Of a DNA stretch of 64,000 nt, positions 31,301-40,555 are shown one piece after another. How positions within the stretch are numbered: position 1 is the first letter of the stretch; each line of letters starts with the position of its first letter. Source of the DNA: Salisapilia sapeloensis CBS 127946 (Eukaryota > Protista > Oomycota); assembly GCA_023334545.1 (NCBI GenBank), contig JAADVB010000011.1, positions 1 through 64,000 on the forward strand, given 5' to 3'. The notes beneath the pieces were generated by a model. It had not been told where the DNA came from. It did no database searches and saw only the letters and a list, made by a program, of their open reading frames with translations. The translations under genes and the position numbers were made by a program.

Positions 31301-34300
31301 CGAGACACGTCTATTCTGAACGTTGAAATCTCTAGTGATGATGATAACGATGAAGATTTTCAGGCACCGGCAGTTGGAGATGAAGAGGATGAAGACGATG
31401 AGCTGGATGATGTGGATACGGACGACTTACTTAGTTCGAATGACGAGGAAGAGATGCTGTCTCCTCCGACACATCGGAGAGGTAGATTGCGTCGACGGAT
31501 ATCAAGACAGGATAGGAGGAGAGTGTCGGAGGAAGAACATGTGGGTAATCGACAGCTACGCAGGGCACGTCGTCAAGCTCGTCGGATCATCGACTCGGAT
31601 GAAGATACGTCTCCAGCAGACGAAGAGCGTCCGGCAAACGTCCCGTCAGAAGATGATGCTGTCGTCGTCGAAACGAACGACGGATTTATCATGGGGGACA
31701 ACCAGCTAGATAAATTCGACACGTCCATCACTTACGACGAGATGCTTTCTCAAAAGCAAAGTCAGCTCGGGACAGACAGACCGAACGTTTCAACTTCGGA
31801 AGGACTGGAACCGTTGATCCCATGTGCTTTGTGTAACGAAGGTGATGATGGGAACATGTTCAAACTTCCAGGTGACGCCATGGGCATTCACCCTCTTCTC
31901 GCCGGCTCCCAACGGTACTTTGTGCACGATCAATGCGCCATTGCTTCTCCGCGTAGCTTCCATCGGGATGGGAAGTGGTACAATGTACTACGAGAGGTCC
32001 GACGAGGTCGGTCGCTTAAGTGCGACCACTGCACACGTCGAGGCGCGACGATCGGATGTACCATCCAGTCTTGCTCCAGGTCGTACCACTGGAAATGCGC
32101 CGTCAACTGCGGCTGGTCCATCCAGCAGTCGCACTTTTACTGTCCACAGCACGAGTCGCATGCTCAAGTGCATCCACAGGGAGAACAGCCTCAGTCTCGC
32201 TTCGGCATGACATTCCATCGCGAGTGGCTCCAACGTGCCGAGTTGGACTCTTCCCACCAGTACGTTCCGCAGCTAGGAGACTACATCGTCTACTTTCCGG
32301 AAGGTCATGGCGTGTATCTAAAGCTCTTTCCACAAATGAACACTGGATGGGAGAGACTTGTAGGTTACTCGATGGTCAAGTGCCGTGTGGCGGGCATCAA
32401 GTACGTGTTTCCAAAGGCAGAAGAAGTGGGCAAGTCGACGACGATTAAGACCGAGCTGACGTTGACGGTACTCGCTTTGCCATCAGAAGATGGGATGGAA
32501 GTCGAGAATGATTCGAATGTGTTTCATTATGACTCGAGGACGTTCAAGACGTTTGATAACGTCAACGCTCAGCTAAACGTGATCGAGGACGGTGTCTCGT
32601 CCGATCGGTTCATGTTCACGTTGCTCTTCCACGCACATGACGTTGCAAATTTTTTAGTTCTCGATCACGTGTATGAAAATGGTGTCTATGGCGAATGGCT
32701 GGTCGGTGAACGAGTGCAAATGCCGTATGTACAGATGGACGACTCTGGATTCGAAACAGATTCCAAGCTCACGTACGGTACCATCACGGACATTTTAACT
32801 ACAAAGAGAGTAAATGACGAACTACGGATAACACCATGGGAATGCATTACTGTTAAATGGGATGACCCGGAAGAAGAGAGCTGTGCTGTCAGTCCGTGGG
32901 AACTGGATCCTATTATCCCCATGCGACAGGAGCGAAAGCAAGCGCTGGACTATTGTCGAAGATCTCAGCGACTCGTACGACACCGTGCAATTACAGGTGA
33001 GAAACGAGAAGCGCTGACGAGAGAATTGGAGACGGTGCTTGGATGGGAGATCGCAACGGACTTTGCGACGCCTGTCACGGATTCATATCTAGACTACCTC
33101 ATTACAGTCGCAAACCCAGTCGACTTGCGTCAGATCTTGCAGCGTGTAGAGAACGGATACTACCGACAGCCGGAGGCGTTTGCCTCGGACGTGCTGCTCT
33201 TGTGCACGAATTGCGAACAGTACAATGTCCCGGATAGCAGCATTGCTCAGAACGCTCGTAGCGTCTCATCCACCTTATTGACGCAAGCCCAACGTCACTT
33301 TCCTCATCTCGTGACAAGAGAAGGCTTTGCATCGAACCCACGTACTTCGCTTGTCTACCCTCCGGATGATGTCCCAGGTGTGGATGACCCGAATGAGTTG
33401 TTCGAAGTGCTTCCTGAAATTCCAGACAAACCATCGACGCAAGAGGTGCTCGAGTTGAGTGCTTTACAAGCTCCTCCTGACATCCAACCGGAACCTGTAG
33501 CTGAAAATGAGGTACAGGATGATGCTCAGGTGGCTGTGGAAGACACTGTTGAGGAGGAAGAGGAACCTCTAGCTCAACGAACTCGAAGGTCTCTACGTCA
33601 GAGCTCTAACTCTAGCACGTCCGTGGCGGAAGGGAGAGGACAGACGACAGATGAGGTTGAGGAGACGGAAGGGGCAGTCAAGAAGGAGGAGCAAAAGACT
33701 GCTAGAGCTAGACGAGCGCAGGAACGACAGCGAGAAGAGGAGGCAGATGAAGAGCCTATCACCGAAACTGTTGCTGGACCGCCTATAAATGAAAGAGCGC
33801 TGGTATCGTTCCCTATGCTCATGGCAGGGCTCACGAACGACCAAAAGGAAAAGTTCCGAGAAGCCTGCAGGGAAGACTTGGCTGCTCTCCTGCATGATTT
33901 CCATGAAGCTGTAATGGGGGCAGACCAAACGGGCATGTTCATGCAGCCTGTGACGGACGACATCGCGCCCAACTACAGTCAAATCATCTCTCGTCCGATG
34001 GACTTTGGAACGATTAACGATCGACTGTCAAAGTTCCGATCGTTTAAAGAGTACTTTGCTCTCGTGGAACTCGTCTTCCAGAATGCCATTCACTACAACA
34101 CGTGGGATTCCTTCGTTGCGATATGTGTTTCAGAGATCCAGGAGTGCTTCCCAAAGTTTCTGCTAGATGCCATTGGTGCAGAAGTACCACCGAAGAAACA
34201 GCGAAAAGTAAAAGAGAAAGTTTCGAGTGGGAATAGCAGGATTAAGCAAAAGAGAGCGCAACCGACTGTACCGAAGCGCAATGCGATGAAGGATTTCGTA

Positions 34301-34474
34301 GCGGAAGATGATAGTTGGAGCAGTGAAGAAGACGAGGAGGAAGAAGAAGAAGAGGAGAATGAAAGTGAGTCATCGGAAGAAGATTGGAGTGATGATGATG
34401 AAGAAGTTATCGGCAAGAGAAGACGAAACACCAATCGAGGTCGTGTTCCTCCAAAGAAGCCGCGTCGATATTAG
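28364..34474 (+). CDS. BRWD1/BRWD3/PHIP-like WD40 + cryptic Tudor + two bromodomains, with an extra ePHD finger, 2036 aa
   Basis: EVYYLIADFL (N-terminal motif); WD40 YVITGADDRLIKIWS, TLRGHLGNITDLAVN; ePHD CALC..VHDQC..CDHC..GATIGC..C..SYHWKC..CPQH; YVPQLGDYIVYFPEGH; bromodomains NPVDL..NCEQYN and RPMDFGTI..NAIHYN. Single exon. Confidence 0.92.
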   Translation: MAEHGQDQHAASSAPTPATMENNADISNDKGRSGPVDEAEVYYLIADFLKRRTNCQRAADTLIEELQEHALLRESVDWQGRKRPATYTDFSLRHRDLSSGHLMHLLQSLDVVSQSNEKKSPVVNSLLLKSRGEDVTKVSLSPDERKALGKGIVEKNMQLRQTNRTLETVRSIVSKYDRIREYAYVHSVNELPASIQLELENSVQSAEALTSLAADVRALKQLLQLQEQKKTLGVDFERSILKAQKAGMLQSHVRSGRNQVSLLQQRELGLRGVDRIPRPPSPPTYIYSRIRRVKTLNGHLQIPTYCLTYDRTCQYVITGADDRLIKIWSLRTGELRFTLRGHLGNITDLAVNYANTLLASSSDDKTVRVWELSTGAPVAVLLGHSSVVNSLRFHPTKNVVVTASDDGRCFCYRLPDIEKVEKHETWHETATRLHAQGAYMLSLHPEYTLSHSDGRLGVRSCKVLCLSFSRCGNYVITGGQDGIGRVWDVSVLSDPNAPAVVPQYRPERSPQPAQVERQDRVVEMDNANQLAAPGEELPIPAQPVQLVNRHDDAPPAQNNEPDGAAGPQEDLNQNDGQNAQLPNVPAHPRAPNGAVDESDVPRLPNSTPVALLKGHTGPITNIVFSNRGNRVATASIKDGTARVWKWTGNGVVQSSGHQVLIAKTEQPSEFSVRRKQVPAVDTLTWTRDDSRLVTLHSVKPGVNEPAEADWQQRLRVWNPYNGDLLITLAAVDREKLQGHVNAVFALDVHPDDWRIVVTAGYDGRIFLWDIESGRVLKKFVNTTPDGEILPLLDGGFMPTGEGFCFTDRSGRLLLFSAGSRDQFAATPVQQYFQSDYAEIVTDGHFHVYDRETQTEPSRMPSGPLVDVYRAEYPYQPPHLLEQELTPEAYEENRRLRIRQAAESEEKCGVQLEADDENADEVFPVAILKEQVEENPRPDTDWRLANASYRLDGEPVTLADLKRRKKSRVRRRQNSTSLEDRDTSILNVEISSDDDNDEDFQAPAVGDEEDEDDELDDVDTDDLLSSNDEEEMLSPPTHRRGRLRRRISRQDRRRVSEEEHVGNRQLRRARRQARRIIDSDEDTSPADEERPANVPSEDDAVVVETNDGFIMGDNQLDKFDTSITYDEMLSQKQSQLGTDRPNVSTSEGLEPLIPCALCNEGDDGNMFKLPGDAMGIHPLLAGSQRYFVHDQCAIASPRSFHRDGKWYNVLREVRRGRSLKCDHCTRRGATIGCTIQSCSRSYHWKCAVNCGWSIQQSHFYCPQHESHAQVHPQGEQPQSRFGMTFHREWLQRAELDSSHQYVPQLGDYIVYFPEGHGVYLKLFPQMNTGWERLVGYSMVKCRVAGIKYVFPKAEEVGKSTTIKTELTLTVLALPSEDGMEVENDSNVFHYDSRTFKTFDNVNAQLNVIEDGVSSDRFMFTLLFHAHDVANFLVLDHVYENGVYGEWLVGERVQMPYVQMDDSGFETDSKLTYGTITDILTTKRVNDELRITPWECITVKWDDPEEESCAVSPWELDPIIPMRQERKQALDYCRRSQRLVRHRAITGEKREALTRELETVLGWEIATDFATPVTDSYLDYLITVANPVDLRQILQRVENGYYRQPEAFASDVLLLCTNCEQYNVPDSSIAQNARSVSSTLLTQAQRHFPHLVTREGFASNPRTSLVYPPDDVPGVDDPNELFEVLPEIPDKPSTQEVLELSALQAPPDIQPEPVAENEVQDDAQVAVEDTVEEEEEPLAQRTRRSLRQSSNSSTSVAEGRGQTTDEVEETEGAVKKEEQKTARARRAQERQREEEADEEPITETVAGPPINERALVSFPMLMAGLTNDQKEKFREACREDLAALLHDFHEAVMGADQTGMFMQPVTDDIAPNYSQIISRPMDFGTINDRLSKFRSFKEYFALVELVFQNAIHYNTWDSFVAICVSEIQECFPKFLLDAIGAEVPPKKQRKVKEKVSSGNSRIKQKRAQPTVPKRNAMKDFVAEDDSWSSEEDEEEEEEEENESESSEEDWSDDDEEVIGKRRRNTNRGRVPPKKPRRY

Positions 34475-34655
34475 AATCCTAGGCTCTGGAAAATACCTTT
34501 CAGCATGTGCTTGTGTCGCAATTGGATAATCCCTTGTTAGTATGTCACTCGTGTCTCTCTCTTTCCTCATTTTGTAAACAACAAAAGAAGAAATTTCTTT
34601 TCATTTCACCTCTTACGTACATTGTTTTTCTGATCTGCTCCTACACATGGACATC

Positions 34656-37013
34656 TCAAATGAGCGTTGCACCACTAAACGAGCCTCTACGATCGTCATC
34701 TTCCTCTCGCGAATTTAACTTATCCATTGCAAGCGATGCAATGCGCGTCAAAGAGCGAATGGTACTGCCGCTGACCTTCTTCCGTGGCTTGACGTCACCA
34801 AGAGTGAGGGCACCCACGACGATGCCATCGCGTCCGACAAGAGGCATGGCAATGTAGAAACGAATGTGGAGGGAAGAGACCATCGGGTTGTTCTTGAATC
34901 GCTCATCTTCCAATGCATCGAGGATGACAAGTGGCTCCTTAGACATGATCGCGTGCGCCTCGAGCGCAACGTCACGCGGCATCTGGTCACCAGCGACACC
35001 GATGGCGGTCACCACTAGACTCACGTTCTTCATGATCACAGCTACGCCTGCCACAGGACAGCTCATAGTCGACCGAGCGAGCTCAAGCAGATCCTTCAAT
35101 TGGGTCTGCGCATAGTGCTGAGATAGGCGCAGCGTCTTGGCGAGTGCCAATCGTTCCTTTTCGTGTTCAGGAATCGGTGCATCCGGCCATGGGTTGCCTT
35201 TTGCATACGATAGTGGATAGTCGTAGGTGGAGCTGGTAAGGATATCATCCTCGTCATCATCCGTGACAGAGCTACGAGAGTTGGATCCAAGCGAGCTTCG
35301 ACTGCTTTTAGCTTGTGGCGAAGGAGATATCTTGCGTGGTGTATGTTCCGCTGAGTCCCTTTCACTGAAAGAGCTACTTTTGCTTCCTATCGAATACAAG
35401 AGCATCTTGGGTTCGTCCGCTTTCTTTTTGTCTTGAGGCATCGCCCAGATCGCAAAGCCCTTGTCGGTGTTGGAGCTACCGCTCTGGCTGTTCGATTGTC
35501 CTCTCGATAAACTGTAGCCGTTCTCATGGAAAGATGAAGTGCTGCTATCACTCGACTGCTGGCGATGGTGAACAGGCATTTTATTCCTGCTCCCACTGCC
35601 AACGTCCCATGTCGAGAAGCTCGACGAGCTCTCAGCCACTGTTGCCGACTTGACCGACTTTGGACTACTGCTGTACGAAGAGGTCTCGCCAGCTTCCGTG
35701 TACGACTTTGTGAACTCGCCGGACGTTTTCATATGAGGCGTCTGCAGTCGCTGACTGTCAGTACGGCCGGATGCAACGCCCCAGACAGCGAATCCAGAAC
35801 TGCCGTTTGAGTTCGTGCTGGCCATGCTTGCCCGAGTGTTGTCGTTGCTCGGGCGGCGACTGCTCTTTGCAATCATGTGTTCACCTTGTCCACATGAAAC
35901 GCAGATGCGCGTCTTGTTCCCATCCTTGCGCACCATCGAGCACTTGGAGCAGACGGCGACACCACAGAGACGACAGTGGTGCTGTCGACGGAACATGGAA
36001 AAGCTCTGGTTGCACGTGTTGCAGCTGTCGCGCATTGCCCACTGGTTCGGTCGCACTGTCTTGGACATTCGAAGTCTCCGGTTGACAATGGTGGACGGTA
36101 GCCGACGTAAAGACTTTGCAATGTTCAAGTGCCACGTACGCTCTGTTGAGTGATTGTTGCGTGCAACTGGAACAGGAAGGGGCATGTGCATGGTAATCTT
36201 GGACGTCGCCGGGTTGGACGTGCCCTGGACGACGAAACCAGCATTTCGGATTTCCATACGTCGGACTTCATGCGGAGGGAACAGAGGCGGGCAGTCCGGG
36301 AACTCTACGGACTCGAAAATCGAGACACCACAGACGTCTGCCGTAGCTTCTTCTGGTTCGTCTTCCGAGCCTTCTTTCGGTAGCCCGTGTGGGAAGACTT
36401 CACTAAATCGAAGCAAAAGGTACTCTCGTGCAGGTAGATGCGCCCCCAAATCATGCATGCACAACCATTGAAGAGACAGTCCGGCGGACCAAGATGGTTT
36501 CTTCTCATAGTGCAATGTGCCACTGTCGAAGTAGAGGGATTCAAAGAGGTCCTTAAGAGGCGCCCGAGCGTTGGGGTCACTATCCGGGGCGACGACACCC
36601 ATGAGTTCATCCACACTGCTCTGCTGGACAAGTAGCTCTGCTCTAGCTGCGATCACGTTGCCTGTCTGTGGATCGAGGTCTTCATACAGCTTAAAGCCAT
36701 CCTTCTCCTCCACTAGCATCGTAGTAGATGAACCATCAGCAGTGGCCTTCTGGCGGTCCTTGACAGTTGCGAGGAGGGAACGCGTGCGATTCTTGCCGAG
36801 GGCCTCCAATTGACTACCGGCATTGCCCTGTACTTCTTGCTTTACTCGATAGTGCCCGAGGACGCGGGATGCGTATTTGCCAGCACCAATATCGGACGCC
36901 ATTGGAGAGTGAGAGGGTTCGGCCGACTCTTTCGATGTTCTAATCTGTTGGGTAGACGAAGCTGTGCGCCTCGTGTGCCCCCGTAGCCCTGTTGCTAAGA
37001 ATGCGTCACTCAT
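34656..37013 (-). CDS. START-like + FYVE + GAF domain protein (architecture typical of oomycetes), 785 aa
   Basis: ATG at 37013. START-like LQWLCM..REYLLLRF..CGVSIFESVEFPDCP; FYVE CNTCNQSFSMFRRQHHCRLCGVAVCSKC; GAF EKERL..AHAIMSKEPLVILDALEDERFKNNPMV..IRFYIAMPL..VVGALTLGDVKPR. Confidence 0.88.
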   Translation of the reverse strand: MSDAFLATGLRGHTRRTASSTQQIRTSKESAEPSHSPMASDIGAGKYASRVLGHYRVKQEVQGNAGSQLEALGKNRTRSLLATVKDRQKATADGSSTTMLVEEKDGFKLYEDLDPQTGNVIAARAELLVQQSSVDELMGVVAPDSDPNARAPLKDLFESLYFDSGTLHYEKKPSWSAGLSLQWLCMHDLGAHLPAREYLLLRFSEVFPHGLPKEGSEDEPEEATADVCGVSIFESVEFPDCPPLFPPHEVRRMEIRNAGFVVQGTSNPATSKITMHMPLPVPVARNNHSTERTWHLNIAKSLRRLPSTIVNRRLRMSKTVRPNQWAMRDSCNTCNQSFSMFRRQHHCRLCGVAVCSKCSMVRKDGNKTRICVSCGQGEHMIAKSSRRPSNDNTRASMASTNSNGSSGFAVWGVASGRTDSQRLQTPHMKTSGEFTKSYTEAGETSSYSSSPKSVKSATVAESSSSFSTWDVGSGSRNKMPVHHRQQSSDSSTSSFHENGYSLSRGQSNSQSGSSNTDKGFAIWAMPQDKKKADEPKMLLYSIGSKSSSFSERDSAEHTPRKISPSPQAKSSRSSLGSNSRSSVTDDDEDDILTSSTYDYPLSYAKGNPWPDAPIPEHEKERLALAKTLRLSQHYAQTQLKDLLELARSTMSCPVAGVAVIMKNVSLVVTAIGVAGDQMPRDVALEAHAIMSKEPLVILDALEDERFKNNPMVSSLHIRFYIAMPLVGRDGIVVGALTLGDVKPRKKVSGSTIRSLTRIASLAMDKLNSREEDDDRRGSFSGATLI

Positions 37014-37469
37014 CACAAACCTGTGCTCAATTGTATGGTCCTCCCTATCTTATTCGACACTGCAATTGGACGATGACCACGTACGCATCTAGTGACATTG
37101 ACGAAGACACACTTTAGCCAATGAGCTCTCTCTGCCAAGTGCATGGACCAGCCCTGACTAGTGGAGGAATCGAGCCAGGGAACGTTATCTCGTGCATAAG
37201 GCTATGCTTGATGGTCTGTGGTCGACTCGTCACCAGAAAATTGATCGCAATTTACAATCGGCGAAAACATGCGAAGGCACGTCGAAGCGAATGCTACCTG
37301 ACACTTGATCACAAAGACGTTGAAGGGACCATTACCACGTCGGCAGACGACAAGGTGGCAAGCGCCGACCAGGCGCCGAGCCTTTGTGCGTAAAGGGTAC
37401 TTTGATGGTACAGCGTGGTGTTTTATAGAATGAGCGGCTACTAGCGGAGCGTGAAGAAGAGAGAGAAGC

Positions 37470-40322
37470 ATGCTCGTCGTCTTCGTCGTGGATACGAGCG
37501 CGTCCATGAACCAGAGCACGAGCTCGGGGATGACGCTGCTCGACTATGCCAAGTCAGCTGTTGAGCGATTTGTCAAGCGCGTTCGGGACCCGAGTCGACG
37601 CTATCAGCATCACTTCATGCTCGTTTCATGCGGTGGCCAAGATCCCAATGCCAGTAAATCTACTAGCAGCCGATCCACCAGTACGTATTCGACTGCCGAA
37701 GCGAGTCGCGTACGAGTCGGATGGGACCAATCTACGAATAAAGAGACGTTTTTATCGACACTCAAGACGCTTCAAGCGACCCACGTGAGTGATCTTGGAG
37801 CTGCCCTTCGCCAAGGGTGGGATTTGATGAACCAAGTGCGCTTGCAGTTCTACTGGGATAGCTATGGACTTGGTAGGTTACCTTGGAATACCAATCTCGC
37901 GGTTTGTGTCCTCCTCACGGACGCAACAACCTTGTCGAATGCCGATGGCATGATCCAGGAATCTCTTAACATCCCACCATCACGTGCCATTGGATCCGAC
38001 TTGACGACTGAACCGTATCGTTGGGATCAGGTACGTCTTAGAAGCACATCCCACTATCATTGCCAAGGTGTTTATGCTGTATGATAGCGATTATTTACAG
38101 TAGCGTTAAAGCTCCCAGCGACCAACAACAACAAGCCACAGGCGAGCGTTCCGAGCGATCTCATGGCACTGAGTGAAGCTACTGGAGGCATGCTGTACAT
38201 GCCGACATCTAAATCTGCCGTCGAACTCAGGTACTTTTATATATATCCATGCATTCTGTCACAAGAAACTAATTGGATACATGCACTAGCATCGACCAAA
38301 TCATTTTGAAATTAAAGGTAGGAGCTGCAGTTAAATTTAAGTGTGAAGCATCAGTCGACGGCAATAGCGACAGCCCAGTGTCTCGTAACATTATGAGTCC
38401 CGTTATGAACGGTCGAGAGTTTTGCTGGCCCATCCCAGAAGCATTTTGGTTGGACCGCAATTCCGCTAGCTTACCACCACGAGATGCCCATCCGACACTG
38501 AGCTATCGGTGCACTGAAGAAAGCGCGATTGAAGTAGCAACGAATCACATGCTCTTGGATCAGCTTAAGTTCCCAGCAGATACGTACACGCTTGACTTTC
38601 CACTCAGTCCATCTCCTCCTAAAGGTAAGCGATGGCAACTGTTCATTCGAAATAGCAAAGGAGATGGTCGTTTAGGTGATCCTATTGGTTTCATTCGAGC
38701 TGGCCAACCTTCCGGTAGCAACGCACAGCATCACAGTGGAAACCCTGTCTGTGTCTTGCTACCGTACAATTACCCCGTGCTGTTCTCCTTACTAGTGGAT
38801 GCCGCACGTGTGTACCAGGCGAGTGGTCAGAACTTGAATTCGACGAACGGGACGTGGCAATTTCAGGCCAAAGCCATGCCATCCGCTTGGAGAGAATCTT
38901 TTGCAACATACCTCAATGGATGTCCTCTCTATTACTACTTTCCATTGAAAAAGATACTTCGAAAGTACAATTTACATGAAATGGTACCAGAAGTACAAGA
39001 TTCTGGACGAAGTTATCAGGTGCACTTGCTCATTTATTCATATTTTGTCCGGAACCTAATGGTCATCTTTGTACCTAGATCTCGGCCTACTTGAGTCGTC
39101 TTCGAGAACAGTCGATCAATGAGAATGAAACGAATAATAAACTTGTGATGCGTGCGCATCGAAACGAGGCTGCTTCGAGACAATCGTCTCGTATGCTGTG
39201 GGGTCCACTAGCGACGATGGAGAGCTCACCATCAGCTTCGCCTGTCCAAAACGCACGTGAGTCTATCTCCCAAGACACATTTATGGAAACAGTAGGGAAT
39301 ATGTCAATGCAAGAGTTGATGGAAGCACACAAGCGTGGGAAACGAGAGCTTTTGGAGGAATCGTCCAGTCGTAACCGGACGAAGCTGTCACTCGGGTCTT
39401 CCAGGCCAGCGAATGACGCAATGGAGCTACGTCTCATGCCGAGTCCTCGTGCAGTAGAGGAAGATGAAAAGCACAGCCAGCCGATCGAAACGATGAGCGA
39501 CTACGAGTCGAGACTAGTCCACAAAGAGGCGTTGCGAAATCCACTTGGAGAACCAGATCCGGATGAGGATACACCCAATGGACTACGACGTCGACAGCTA
39601 AGTTTCAACCTCGGGAACCCGTACAAGAAGAATGCGCATAAGCAGCAAATGAATGTATATCAGGGTGAAGCAGCCGACGAAGCTGCGACACTGGGAGGAC
39701 AGTCGCCGAAGCGTAAGAGGACGAGGAAACGTTCGTCGCAGCTGAAGAGAGAGAGAAGACTGTCGAAAAGGTCACGTAGAGCACCGAGCTCTCCGTCCTA
39801 TTCCTCGTCGCCCGGATCTCCGTCTCACTCTCCCAATTCCAGTCCGTCTTCCGTTACGTCTTCATCGCCTGGTTCGATGGACATGGCGAGTTCTGCCATG
39901 TCGGAAGAAGCGGCGATTGACACGAGTCTGTCGCTCAAGGCAGATGCAGCGCAGATGCTTGGTGTTCCATTGATGGATGGAGAGTTTGTGCAGCAGAGCA
40001 AAGGCAAGGGCTTTTCTAGACTTATCTACAGCGTCCTTGTCGAAAACTGGGAGGCTTGGAGCACAGTTCTGGCACTTCTGAAAGCTCGAAAGACTAGCAA
40101 GCAGGTAGGGCATATCACGTGATGTATCTGTTTGCGTTTAAACTGATTTATGATTGAATGCAGGAGGAAGAGTTTATTGTGAACGCCTTAAAATCGATGA
40201 AAGGAGGGGATACAGTGATCAAAACGTACGTTCGACAGGCGATCCGGCACGCGAACAAGTTCAAGAAACAAGATTTAAGTGCACGACTACAGGGCGTACT
40301 TACGAGCCTAGTGACGGAGTAA
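37470..40322 (+). CDS. INTS6: Integrator complex subunit 6 (VWA N-terminus, INTS6 C-terminal domain), 5 exons, about 872 aa
   Basis: Exons 37470-38030, 38088-38230, 38290-39019, 39079-40104 and 40164-40322 (introns of 57, 59, 59 and 59 nt). FVVDTSASMNQ, EPYRWDQ|RLF, WPIPEAFWLD, LPPRDAHP, LLPYNYPVL; C-terminal QAIRHANKFKKQDL. The 3' end could differ (see finding). Confidence 0.9.
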
Positions 40323-40555
40323 TTCAACGAATGGGTACGTAAAGTGGCTGCTTATATCCAAGTGCTATGCTCCACGACTAGTTATTGACTATAAATCTAA
40401 CCTGATTCGCATGCCGTTTCCATTGCATCCATCTTGTTTATTTTTATCTCCCAACGCCTTGCAGCAGGTTGAAACGTCTAGTAGTCAAAGAGCGTCTCTA
40501 GCCACGAATAGCTAAGTCTTGTCGCTTCGAGGCACTGCAGTCGGCTCGTGACTTG

